64,000 bases of DNA from Obrimoposthia wandeli (taxonomy: Eukaryota), in contig CDROCS010006538.1 of assembly GCA_977020255.1 (NCBI GenBank), positions 1 to 64,000 on the forward strand, given 5' to 3'. The translations under genes and the position numbers were made by a program. The notes below the pieces were generated by a model, which did no database searches, had not been told where the DNA came from, and worked only from the letters and a program-made list of their open reading frames with translations. Below, piece by piece: positions 40,701-55,700 of the stretch. How positions within the stretch are numbered: position 1 is the stretch's first letter; each line of letters opens with the position of its first letter.

Positions 40701-43700
40701 TCTTGTAACTATACCAATATTTACTTATTCACATTAATGTCTTGCGTGTATTTTGTTTATCTTTATATAGATTTACTCGTAAACTAGTAACAAGTAAATT
40801 CATAAATAAAATGGATTATGCTGCAATGTGACTAGTGTACTAACCTCGGGAATCTAATTGTTGTTTTGAGATTGGAGGTCCACCGGGTGCAGACTGATTC
40901 TGCAATTCCTTCAACTGACAGTTTTGACTGTTAATAGCCAATAGAGAAACGAGCATGGAGCCATTCACCACAAATAACTGAACATCCTGTGACTCAAAAA
41001 TTTGAGCTGAAATGTCCTTGGAATCTGAACTGTCATAAACTGATTTCATTTTGTACTCACAAAAATCATTGTGTTCTTGTACGCAAGAGCTTAGAGAGCC
41101 AATTATTTCGTTCTGTACAGCAGTAGAAATAATAATAATTCATTAAAGAAACAAAAATTAACTAACCCGTGGAAACTGTCCAATAAAGTTGATAAGATGA
41201 CAAAGACCAGTCCGCGCGGACAATCGAATTATCTTGTACACTTCTGCATAGCTAGTTCTCTCTGTGCTAGTTTTAGATGTATCCTGGTTGCAATAATATT
41301 TTATATAATAATTTATATATTAATTGAAAATACTTAAAATCAGATTCATTATTATCTGCATTTAGCTTTGATGTTAGTATGATTTCATCATTCATTCTCA
41401 ACTGACAAACAGAATATCATTTTTAATCCGTCGCTATGTAAATTCTGTGTAGTAAGTGAACTTCGAAAAATGAATTAAAAACTTGATAAGGATTTATAGT
41501 GAGAATAGTACTTTAGGCTCTATAGCGTAGTTTATGTTCATTTTTACGGTCAGGATATTTCTATTACTTTTTGCTTTCAAACTTGTTTTACTAAAACTTA
41601 TCTAAAAAACAAAAGAAATAAAATCATTTTATTATGATCATGATATAAATATTAAGAAGAAAGGTACATTAGAAATGCTAAGAATGTTAATGAAACGGAT
41701 GTGTCTTGCGCTGATTGCCTAGTTCATTGACTTAAAATTCCGTTAAATGTAGTATAATATCATACCTATGTATAATATAATTTATAATTGAAGAAATCAG
41801 TAATTCTTGGACAAAACCCACAACAGGCATTTCATTTTAACAATCTTAAATGTGTAATGTATGGTAATAACAATCCATCATCACGTAACTTGATTCATCG
41901 GTCAGTTCTCTATTGTTCACCAGTAGGCCATAAAAAATTTGCAAATCAATAATTTAAACGAAATATACACTTTAAAATAAAGTACTAAAGAAACTAATGA
42001 GATTTAGCATACCGGATATTCCAGGTAAGCAGGCAATTAAAAGAAATTCGATCATAGATTTATTTTATTCGACATTAGATATTTTATTTCCTTTATTCCA
42101 AACATCGAATTGTTCGACTTATGGCAAGCGACCTTTTTTACAGACTAAATTAATAAATTGCATGGGACATGATATAAAATGATGACTTCAAACTTCCCAT
42201 GTCGAAAAAAAATCATGTGATAAAATTTTAAAAATCCTGTAATATCCTAAATAACAAATTTCTTTAAAATACCCCAATACTGTTTTTAAGCGAGGTAAAC
42301 TATTTGTGATCTAAATAAAACATTTATATCTATGTGATAATAAAGAGCAAAAATTACATGTAATAATGACAGTTTTTGATTAAATAAATACAATTTGATT
42401 CAAAATAACTGTTACAACTTTAATTCCCAGTAATTCACGAAATGTTAAAATATTAGTATTAGTACATTATGTCAAACAGCACTTCGTTCTAGTTATTAAA
42501 GTTGTAACCTTTATTCTGAATCACCCTGTTTTGTATGATTTACCTGAATGTCTTTTATATCGAATAAATGTGGATATTCAAAGAGAGGATCTGTGAGAAG
42601 ATTTGTTTTACTTCCCTTTGCTGTAGCACATTTGTGTTGTTTATTGTTATCTGAAGTATCTTTGTATACAAACATTGAAACAGAACTGGTAGACAGTACC
42701 ATTTCTAGAGCACTGAAAGCCAGGTGAACTAAACCCTGGGGATGAAGGTCGTTGTCATCAAGAAGCTGTGGCAATGGTAGAACCATACACCAATCGACAA
42801 GAGTGAAGATGAGGGATGTAAATATTCGTTTTAGGTCTGAGTTGAGTAAAAATTGTTTGCTCTGCCACATCGTTGCTATGGTCCAGGAGAGAACCTGAAT
42901 TTTTAATAAAAATAGCAATGTTTTAATAAAGAAGGAATATTAAAAATTATATGTACATGCTTAAATTATGAAAGTTACGCAAATTTATAATTTTATGAGA
43001 TTTAAAAAGCAAACAATAATGGGTAAAAATAGATATAATAATTACTAAAAATGCATATACCAGCTAGTGAGCCAGATTGTGATACGCAAGCCATATTTTG
43101 GACCGGCGTAATTCAGTCTAATAACAAAATTTAAACATTAGTAAAATTGTAATGTTATGGATATATGAATTTTTACTGAATATAATGGTCCATATAATAT
43201 ATTAAAACAAATTCACATCGTTTCATTTTTAAAAAATAATGTTAGCTTATTATTAATTTTATTGTAATAATTTGATGAGTAGTTCTTTTTTAAAATTGTA
43301 AAAAGTAAGTCGCTGTAATAAACATATTTGCGGTACTTGAACGTATTTAAGCTTTTGATTCAACTATTTAAAAAATGAATGAGACTAATCTAAACATATA
43401 AAACTTTAGTTACTTTTTTCGACAAAATATCAAACATAACTTAGAAATAATAAGCCTCTGTGATTACAGGCCATGTTAAAAAAATCAAATGTTAAAAGGA
43501 TATTTTCATGCAATTCTAGAATTTTGCACATTTTGAAGACATTGATATTATTTTCAAATAATTGAACTAAAATGAAGCCATACGTCGAAAACAGAACATT
43601 ACAGAATTAGATGACATGAATGATATTGTGTTTAATATAAATATATTTTAAGCATTTCAAGTTCAAGATACTAGATCAACACTAACGAGAACCTATTATA

Positions 43701-46700
43701 TATTGTCAAAAGATTCTACATGTTTCAATTAACCTTTGACAAACACTGTCAACATCTATGCTTTCTCTGATACTAAGCTTACGGTAGTCACGGATGCAAA
43801 GATTATTCCGTTTTATGGATATAAATACCCATGGTGGAAATGCTTTAAAACTTTCCATATTCAGTTGTATTACGTTGAAATAGTATCCTTGTTAGTGATG
43901 CACCACTTCAATTGTATATTTATTTAATTATCCAATTTTTTTAACTCAGGCCATCCGTCAATCACACACTATATCTTTTAGTCTGCAACTTTTATATTTC
44001 CATTTTATTTCGCAAATAAAATAACCAACAGTTTAGATTGTTCTGCACAACTTTTCCTTTTTAAAAGACAAATTTAAACAAAGATTGACATGTAATTATA
44101 ATATTATGTAATAATTTTAAGCGAAGTAGATAATTATAATAATGAACCAAAACAAAACTGATGTACATTATTTATAATAAGTTTAGACCAAGTGATTTTT
44201 TATAATTTTAATTCTTCGACTTCTAATCTATATTTGTGGCTGACATCCTAAATTAAGAATTATTATAAATTCCTAAGTTATACATTTTATTCACTTTTCA
44301 ACACAAAAAATGAGTTTAAAGATATGTTTCACATGTAAATAAAATGTATTGTAAATTATAACATCATACACACCTGAATGATCTTCTCTGGAATATGAGG
44401 CAATTTCTCCAAGATCTGTGGAGCACATTCAATAAGTACACGAACCATTTCTATGGAGATGGCAGCAACCTTACAACTGTCAACTCTAGTGAAACTCAGT
44501 ATTTGTAAAATACATTGTCGAATCTCGTTGAGGCTGAAACTCCCAGTTTCTGGATTTAAAATTTCAGCATAACAATACAATGTCAGACTGATGATACTAA
44601 GAATTCGTGGTTGTAGCTCGAAATCATTTTTGGCACAATATGTGAATATTTCCACAATTTTCTTCTATAGTATAAAGAGATATTAAACGATAAATGATTA
44701 TTATGTTGCTGAAAAGGTTAACTAAATCAGAATTCATTAGATCCAAACATTAAAGTATTGTTTGATTAAATTTTACATTATCATGACTTAATCAACTAAA
44801 TACATTTTGTAATATTTGTAACATAAGCTACTTTTCTAATATTTGTTTTGTAAAAAGGGTTCAAGATAACAAACAGTAAACATCAAAAACAAAAAATCAA
44901 ATGTTAATCCTTTAAACTGTTTTGTCATTCATTTACTTTCAACAAATTACATTGCAGCGATAATACATAAAATATTATCTTTTACACAGCATGAAAACCT
45001 TTCTTGTTGAGGTAAAAAGTTCGAAAAATCTTAGTTAATGTAATAATAAAATATATGAAATTGAGTTTCCAGGTTACAGTTTATTTACAACCATTAGATA
45101 TCTCACTTGTTCTTCTGTAAGTTTCAGTGGTGCTTGACATACTTGTACCTTGTCCACTGCTACTAAATTACTTGTCATCTGACACGCGAACGCTTTGTAT
45201 TGTCGACATCGTTGTGGAAACTGCTCCAATTCATCAAGATTTTAAGTTGTACAATAGTAGCACCATTTTCAGCTAAAACATGCGAAAGCAATGTCCCGTA
45301 AAGTTGTCTTTAACAAATTCAGGTACATGTTTTGGAATCAAGTCAATTGTTCGTACACTCATTGGTTAAAGCAAAGGTTTTGTCGACAATTTTGAAAATC
45401 TTCCTTCACCAATTTTTTAAAATATACTGAAGCAAGTATTTGTCATTGGGTTTTGGTACAAGAAACTTGTTTTTTTATGCATCCTGATTGATCTACCACA
45501 ACAATATTATTCAGACACCCACACAATTGTCAAACTTAATATCTTCGTTCATAAGTAACTAAATTGGCGTAACACAATCCATCATAAAATGCAAAACAAA
45601 CGATTTGGTTTAACAATGTTTTTCTAACAAGAAATTAGAAATCTGGTCCATTGTAAATACCTCAGCTCATTTTGGTAAATACCCAGACTGAAATCGCTGC
45701 TGAACCTTTATCAAACGAGGGTATTAGTCCTGCTTTGATCCACTAATATTTTAATAATACGTATTCAACTTGGGGCTTCATGGTATAAGTCGATGAAGTG
45801 GATGATCTTCTTTTCGGTTAAATCGTCTATTTCCTAGTTTACCGAAAATTCAATGTATTTCACATTCCTCTTCATACTTTAATTGCGACTTTCTGTTGTT
45901 GAGACATGAAATGAAGATATCGACTGAGCTTCCCTTATTCTTGGTGGTATTGATTAGTGGAAATGAAATTTCGACAATACCTAATATTTTTTAAATAATG
46001 TGTATCAATTATTTAAATGAAATAAGTTTTATTTCATTACTAATAAAATAAATAAATTTTCAAGTTATAAAAAAGTTACATTCTCTAAGGTATGATAAAA
46101 GACTTTTCGTGTCTCTGCTATATTTCACGACTCACTCATTTCATTTTCTCGTCAAAATATTACATCGACACGAAAAGCTTATTTTTACTACCTTACAGAA
46201 CATTACTATCAATAAATGAAAAGTGTTACATATTATCAAATTACTTTAAATGAAATTTTCACAAAAAGGTATTAAATATTTACAACTACAAAATTATAAT
46301 ATATTAAGATAATATTGCAAATTTACAAAATATAATTTACCTTGTTAAACACAGCATCAATAACTTGAATATCTTTAGAATTAGCATCAAACACTTTAAT
46401 ATTTTTATAGGTACTCTGGATTTTTAGAATGTTATTCAATAAAGATAGAGCTTCAATTTTAGGCATCTAAATAAGCTATAATCATCTAAAACCAATAAAT
46501 AATATACCTTAATGTTTTCAATCTGTTTACTTGAAGTCAAATTTTTGTTGATACTCTTAATGATCAACTCAGCGGCCTTAACCAGATCAAATATAATCAC
46601 TTCCGAGCCAGCTAAAGGCTGTGAATAAAAGTGGTTTCCTATGAATGTGACGAGAGAAACTATTAAAAACTAAACAACACTTAAAAATATTTAAAATTAT

Positions 46701-49700
46701 TATTTACCTTGTTTTCATTTTGAATTATATTATGGATAAGGCGATAAAATTGACATAAATGATCGATGCAAGGTTCAATGTCATGTTTGCGGATAGTTAT
46801 CTTGCATAGAATCTTTAATGATAGCACTTTTAATTTTAGGGGTTGCGCATCATTTTGGCAAATCTACAAAATAATAATTTATAAGTATAAAAAAATTAAC
46901 AATTAATATTGCTTGCGATAATAAGCAAACTTATCAAAATATATTGTAAACTTTTTCAACAACAAAAAATTCTAACCAATTTAATGAGGGAAAGAAACAA
47001 ATTTTGTTAAAAATCCCCTAGCAATCACCGGCTCAATATTTTTTCTTAAAAAATGTAGGCAATGCGACTTGCGAACAAATTTGGGTAAACTTGCCACAAT
47101 GTTATTTTTTGTAACGGTTTATTTGATAGAAATGATTTGACCATAAGACAACCTGGTGTGGAACCATGTCGGGATTCATATATGCAAAACAATTCCAAAC
47201 GCTCAAATGAGTTCACTTGTAAAACTTAAGAACGAAAAGAAGTTCTTCGGATATAAATCGATATATTTACCCAAATGAACAATCATTAAGCTGCAAATGA
47301 ATATTATCGACTTACATTGCGATGATTCAGAGCATTAACGAGTTCATGTCACTTCTGAAGTTGAAAGTGCAGTGGAAATCTATTCCAAAAGCTCCGTATA
47401 CTTCATAATAAAATTATCACTTAATCCATACATCATGGATTTGAATGTTATATTTATTAAAAATGAATTATTGTATATCATTTTTTACATAGCTTAAATC
47501 TCACAGAGAAATGAGATACTCTTGACATCGACATCATTATTACCAAATTTGGAAAAACTAAGAAAAACTAAGAAAAACAAAAATCGCATTTATTTTTAAA
47601 AATTTTCTTTACATACTTTTAATATTTTTTTGTAGTTTACCCATTTTTTCATCTAATTGTTATATAATAACGAAATTGAAAACGTTCATCGTCCTGTTAT
47701 GAATAGATATACCTATTTCGGAAAAAGTACCGTGATGTAATGCGATTTGCACAACGGCGAATACTAATACAATCTTAAAATGTCAATTTTACGCTATATT
47801 GGTGTATTTTCAAAATAAAATAAATCATTTATTAATCATAGTGTAATGTTCTCATGCAAACTAAACACGTTGTTAAACTATATTGACTGAAACGTGATAT
47901 ATAATAAATAAAGTTTCACTTGTAAATTTAAGGCAATAACGAATGTAAAGCTATTAAATATAAATTTAAAACAATCAAATAATTTTTAAAATTCTGCACA
48001 TAAAGCTTACCTCAAAAAGCCATGGAATTATATCTTCAATGGGTGGGACAAATATTGGTGGACGAGATGTTGGTTGATTTCGATTGGACACACACATATT
48101 TTGACGCATTTTGAGGAAGGTTTCCGTCATTTCATAGAAAAATTCAAACACTAACTGTTGATTATCTATATCAGTAAATTGAGTCACATTTCCCAATAGG
48201 CCCAGACATCGTCGCCATAAAATTACCACAGATTCTCCACTCCATCCAACAATAGAACCACCCAGAATGACATGGTGGTGAGGTGGTGCATGTACGTCAT
48301 CAATTGAAAGTGCTAAAAATTAAATATATAAATAAATATAAACAATACGACGTTTTATTAGTAATGTAACAATATATTTGAAATTAAATTAACCAATAAT
48401 TACCTTGAAATAAAACTCTTTAAACTAAAGATTCTTCTAATATTTTTATAAAAGTTAAACATTTCTGTTTGTATATCATGTAATAAAAGTGGGTATTATT
48501 CATATTTTAAATTTAGTAAGGTTTACTCTTAGTTAATTAAAATAAATGTAATAATATGGCATATGCTTAAATTTTATAATTTATAAAATAAAAAAACAAT
48601 TACAAATTTAAAATTAACTGCATTACTGAAAAAAAATTTAAACATAAAACCAATATACTTTAACCCAATGAATTGGATTACTTTAAATTATGATTCATGT
48701 TAAATAAGTAAAATGTATTTATAAAACCATTCGAATGCCTCAAACAGATCAATCCTTTCAAACTCTGATTTTTGTTGTGACCCACATTTTATTTACTTTA
48801 TGATATTGATAAAATGGAAAATGCAGAATAAACTTAAAGAAGCACCTTGATGTTAGAGCTAAGTGGAATAAAAACTGAAAGGACAAAACTAACTCTATTG
48901 TCTATATTTAAGCATAACTTTGTAAATGAATTTATTGTGACAGGAAAGAGCATATATTATTAACTTTATGGAGGCTTTACCACTTTATCCGAAAATAATG
49001 TAAAAAGTTACTTAAACAGTAACATTACCTTTAACTCATATCACTGTTGAAAGTTTTCTTTCAGTTATTCGTACTTTGCGTTAAAATATCCCTTCAGCAA
49101 TGAAGAAATATTAGATGAAAGCTTTTTTCAAAGAATAAATGTATTCTGACTTTTGAAATTAAATGTTATTTTTCTTAATTTTGTTTTCTTTTTTAATTAA
49201 TCGATCTTTTATTATATATCATAACTGATTTCTTCCTTATTTTATTGCACATTAACAAATAGACCCGAAGCAAAATCAACCAGGATCCGTAGCTCTGCTA
49301 TATGCCCTATTTCCCCTTAAATATACAGTTTTGCATTCATTTCCTTTGCATAAGATCGTATATGAAAATAGTCAGTTAAAATGCTACATTATCTAAGAAA
49401 TTTATTAAGGAATGTTTGTGAAATGCATTCATAAAAATATACATAAGGCCACTAATGTCTTACATAATGTCTTACAAAAAATTAATACATTTGATTCCAA
49501 TAATTACATCAAGTTTACCTCTTTTCATTGAATTATCACCAAATACATTTCCCATACTTTCTTCAATGTTCATACTGTGTCGCTCCACTCGTTTGGTCGT
49601 GTGAAGCTTACGTCGGTTGGTAGATGATTTAGTAGGTGTTTTAGAACTTTCATCCACAGACAATGTTTGGGTTGATGTGACAGCAGTAGGTAAATCAATA

Positions 49701-52700
49701 TCACTTCCATCACGCGTAAGAGTACCCGATTTATTACAGGCCACAGACCCCGTCATTCCTACCGATCCCATGGTTACACAAGAAGCTAATATCGCATCAT
49801 CTTCACATTCGTCATCCGCATCAACATTAACATGATCAACACCATCTAAAATAATTTAAAAAAGACATAATTTGCATTAAATATCATTAGATTTTTTTGT
49901 TTTTAAATAGTACCAAATTTATTGTTTCAATGATTAATTATAAAGTAATTAAACAAGTTCAAAATATTTAAAAATTGGGTTTGCAAAATATTACCTATAT
50001 CGTACTATATTCAAATTAAATTAATCTAATTATTGAAAAATTATTTCGTATTTATACCATTATATTTAATATGAAGTACTCAAGGTGATTTGGCTTATGG
50101 TGATAAAATCATATAAACACTTATCAAAATTATAATTTTAAGTTGACCATAAAATGTAATGTGTTTAATATATAGAAACAATAGAATCAAATGAATACAG
50201 CAATTGTTTTTAACAATTTAACAAAATTATATTTAATTCAATATAATCAAGGTAATCCATGCTGGGCAAATACTTCAGCGTATCGATTCTATAAAAAAAT
50301 TGTATTTTGAAACTAAATTATAGTCTACATAAGTACAAAATTTAGAAAAATTTATATTCCTATTAAAAGTAAAATATTGTGTATTTATCTCATATCTATA
50401 GCACTTTATTGATTTTAGGATATTTTTTTAATATTACTTTTTCTCAGTGTAAATAAATAGTTTGGAAAATTAATCAAACCAGTACCACAGTAATCGAATC
50501 TCTTTAGAAATTAGTTTGGGTCATGTATCTAAACTTGCTGTTTATATTCAATTAAATCAAAAATGTATATTAAAACTTTTTTTTTTATTACAAATTTAAT
50601 AATTTTTAAAAATACGCATACCGTCCGTATCTCTTGAAGGCCTGAAAGACAATTCATATGAGCCATTACCTTCAAGACTAGTATCTCCTCCTGACGATGA
50701 AAGTGGTACATGTTCATTGTCTGATATGTAGCACGATTTGTGATCCATATCCTTGTACTGAATGAATACCAAAAACGTGTTAAAGGTTTAAATGAACAAT
50801 TTCCTATAGTTTTTAATAATTATTTGAATTAAAAATAAAAATTATTTGTAAGTTTTATTTAGGTATAGTATCGAAATGTATTTAATTTAGTCATATGAAA
50901 CTTCAATAACAACTATTTTAATAAACATTATATAGACAATTTTACTGACCCTATTCATTTTTGGAACTCATTGAGAATTGAGAAAGGTATCGAACTTCAT
51001 TTTCAGAATACTTTAATTTTTAAGTGAATAAATAACTGCAATATCACCTACAATAATTTATTTATAACTCATCAACATGCCATCATTTAATACATGTTTC
51101 CTAGCATTGTAAATAAAGAAAATTGCACAGCTACGTTGCATGAAAAAGTTGTATCTTTCGTCAGGCCAAATCCTTATTTTATCAGCAAGACGATGCACAT
51201 AATTTATCTTTGATGATTAGTGATGTTTAAAATCAGTATCTTCAACATCGATGGATTGAAAGAGTGGATTTATAGAATGCCCGCTAGGAAACCCATATAT
51301 TCAAACATTTCGTGATAGTTTCCGAGTGTATTGAACATATAAAAATCCCAATGATCTAGTATTCATTTAAGTTTTTAACGTTATAACGCACGTGTTCAAT
51401 AAAGTGGTGGACATTCTGAACAAATTTTAAAATTATCTTAATTTTTATTTATGGTATTTATTAAAAAGAAAGCTTTCTGTTGTTACTGAAATATGTTTTA
51501 ATAGCGACAACGGTAAAATAAACATTGTAATAAGATTCAATGTTTGAACAATTTGTTCAAATGCTTAATGAATTATTTAATATATTTCTTGTTATTATTA
51601 ATCCTACTAAAAAGCTAAACAAACAATTATCTCATAAATCTTTTAAAGACTAACAAACCATATATAATTATTATTACATTATCTAATTCTAATAGACTGC
51701 TTAAATTAGTGTTTCTTAACTTATAGACTAGAAAAAATTATCAAAAAAGCAATTCAGACGAAAAAAATAACAAATTTGTAATCTAATTTATTTGAATCAA
51801 AACATTGTGCTAATATACAAAATGACCAAAATTCTTATAAAGGTTGAGAAGCACATTTTCTATTTATTGGGAAGCTTTCTAAAAATAGTCATACGTTTCT
51901 TTTAAAATAGCTGACAAAAAATTGTATACAATCACAATTAAACTCACCCAAATTATTTTAGATTATGTTTATGTGATGATTCTGACAGGATACTCCATAT
52001 CTGTATTTGAAATACTCATTTTTTTAAAGTTTCGCCTGTATTTTGCATATTAATCTAAGTTAATTTAGATATATTTAAAATTTTGTGTTCAAAAAACGCA
52101 AAATTTTAAAATTAAATGCAATCCTAAAATTGATATTATTTTAAACTTTAAATACAAGTATTTTGCATTTCATTCAGTTTCTCAATAAATGTCCTAATCA
52201 AATATTAATTGTAAAAAATTTAATTTCCTAGACCTAGTCACACCAACAACAAAAAATCTATGGATGAATGTAAATAAAACACATGTCATTTAATACATGG
52301 ATATTAGAAATATGCGATTAGTTCATCAGATATCAACACACAGATTATAAAGTGACAATTAAAGTTCTATAATCCCCAAATTAATAGAAAACATCAGTAT
52401 TTAATAATGAATTTAAAACTAATAATTGTATTACTAAAAAATCAACTATATTAACTTTTCAGGCAATTTAAATAACAATAGTAATAAATAAAAAATCAGA
52501 AAATAAATAATTATAGCAAAATTGTCCAAAACAATAAAAATCATCAATTGGCGATAGCATAAATGATTTAGCAGAACGTGGAACAGAATAGAAATATTCC
52601 AATAAAGCATAAATAATAGGATTTTCGCGAAATAATTTCTAATAAAAATCAGAAATAGAACGATTAAAGCTGGAAAATTACAACTTTAAAATATAACAGG

Positions 52701-55700
52701 AATTACATTCTTATAGACTTATTCGTTTAAATAAATACTTGCAAAAACTCTAAAAAATATTATAATTTTATATCAGTTCATTTTCATATTATATAACAAA
52801 GTTAAATCAAGTAACTAGTAAAGGTTCAACAAAAACAGTTGAAAAATCTTTATTTTTTCATTCATAAAAAATCATTGGAAAATCTAAAAATAATTTTAAA
52901 ATTCGTGCACAAATCTTTTGTATTTATATCTTATTGATTATAAATAATGATTATTCAGTCATTACAATTTTGTGTATAACACATTAGAAAATTGTCAAAT
53001 TGAATTTTATTACCTTTATATAAATGAAAAAAAAACTGAAAAAGTATAATGTAAATAGGTTACTACCATAGACAAATTTATTTCGGGTCAAGGAAATTTT
53101 TGGTATCAATATAATTATATTATGTTTAAAATTAGTGCATAGTTCTAAAATCCCCAAATTAATAGAAAACATCAGTATTTAATAATGAATTTAAAACTAA
53201 TAATTGTATTACTAAAAAATCAACTATATTAACTTTTCAGGCAATTTAAATACAAGTTATGTTAATCTTACAAATATTCTCTTTTTCTCTTACACTTCGT
53301 GAAAATCCCAAAATATTACAAGAATATGCATGCTCAATTACCAACCAATATGAAATAACAATCACTGAATCTATGTTTACAGTCTGATAAACAGTCCTGA
53401 GAGCCAATGCAATAATCATTGAAGTGATCATCTGCAGTTTGGTAGGACTGGTGTAAAATGAAATAATATTAACATTAATTTATATTATTTGTAGAAGATA
53501 GTAGTAAAAGAATAAAAAGCATGCAGTTATGTATTTACGTACGTATGGCTAGCTACTTTGTATTCGTACTATTAATTATTTGAAAGATTTTCTTAAAATT
53601 ATTTGATTGCTAATAGTGAATAAGATAATAAAGTTAATAAAATATCAGAAGAAAATCTAGGGTTTGCCATTTCTGGATGTCATTACAAATATTTAAAATA
53701 AAAATATAATCAGAAGCCCTCAGAGATCTTCATATAAATCCACGTACAAAGAAAAAACAAATAGCATTTCATAATTACAAATAAAAATTAGCTATTTTTA
53801 TTTTTGAAAATTCAGTCTAAAATCTTTAAAATATCTTATTTGTGTTTCATAATTAATATAATTAATATAGTTAATAATTTTTTATTTTTATCAAAATTAT
53901 TAGAACTTAAATATTTATTCTTAAATGTTTTAATGCATATTTCATAGATTCACGAATTCTTTAAATCCACGTACAAAGAAAAAACAAATAGCATTTCATA
54001 ATTACAAATAAAAATTAGCTATTTTTATTTTTGAAAATTCAGTCTAAAATCTTTAAAATATCTTATTTGTGTTTCATAATTAATATAATTAATATAGTTA
54101 ATAATTTTTTATTTTTATCAAAATTATTAGAACTTAAATATTTATTTTTAAATGTTTTAATGCATATTTCATAGATTCACGAATTCTTTTATTACGACAC
54201 TTTTTTTCGAAATCTGAGAAGTTTGAAATATTATATGGAATTTGTTCAAAACGCTTTGAAAGTTTTCGCTTAAAATCATTGTTTACATTAACTTATTTCA
54301 GACAGTTTCACCTACCCGTCTTGATTTTAATAAATCATGTCTTCTTTTTACTGTTGAATTTTAGTTTTCCTTTAACTTCCTTAAATTTTCAAAATAATCA
54401 CACAATATTTAACTTTTACAAATCACAAACAAAATTATAATTTATAATGTCGTATCTAGTTTACTAAGAAACCCACACCACTCAATCAATTTTTTAACTT
54501 ATTTATTCTTTATATCCAATAATTTTATATAAATCGTTGTGCTTCTTTTCTTCTCTCAATTGTTACTTTTTAAAATTTTTTTAGAAATATAAACGCATTG
54601 AGAGAAAATGTATCAAATTTAAAATGTATAGTTTTTAAAAGTATTACAAATTTGAGCACCATCATTTTTTCGATATCTTTAATTATTTAAGATTCAACTA
54701 ATTTAATTAATATCAAGTTGTTTTCAACTCATGTGATATAATCATTTATAAAGCCAAAGTTACGGGTATTTCTTCCATTAAGAGCCTAGCCTCAATACGT
54801 ACAATGACAATTGTTAGTTATTTTGCATTTTCATAGTAAATTCAAAACCTGTATATCAAATACACATATTTAAACTAATTTATTTTCTTTGAAATACATT
54901 TAATATATCAGCGAGGAAATTAAGTCGTCATTTAAATGAACCAGCAATCATTCAATTATACAAATAAAAATTGTTCTAAATAGATATTTTAAAATTATTC
55001 AGCTATTAATATCATCTCATTTACTTTTTGTTTATGACTTTCCACGTATCTAATTCAGCTTCTATCATTATCGAATTTAATTTCAGTTTCTTGAATGCAG
55101 CTGTTTAACTATTGTTCTTGATCACTCCAATATATTTTCCCAATTGTTTTTTTATTTCTCTCTTTATTATATACCTTGTGTCCTGCAAGAAAAGGTTATG
55201 TATCTTAATTAACTTTTCTTGTCCATTTACTTCCATCTCATTCTTTGTAAATTGGTCTACCAAAAATTTATTTTGCAGACGAAACATATGTTTATATGTT
55301 GCATCTAACATAAATTTCACTTCTGTTCGGCCCAATTTAGATGATTTTTATTGTTCAAAGTTTTTTTGTATATCATCACGAATAGTACAAAATTGTCTTT
55401 CAATATACCGATTTGCTCAATGATGATACGATGCTTTAGTTATTTAATAAGATTGTTGGCCAACTCTTTCAGGCATTTTGGAATGACTTTCCCTTGTCAC
55501 TATTAATCATCAGATATGCTCCATGTTTTAATAGAAATTTATTTATTTAGTTATTTTCACTGAGAACTCACCACCGTATTTACTTTGCTCTTCGATTATG
55601 GTCATGTTTTTTTATACCATGTATTGTTATTGGTTCCCCAAGAATTTACATATATTGATTCAAATATCTTGACATTGTCAGGCTTATTAACCCTCAATAC

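Noticed and set aside
47000-47420. Possible CACTA/hAT transposase relic
   Set aside because: The composition suggests old coding DNA, but no motif was strong enough to assign.
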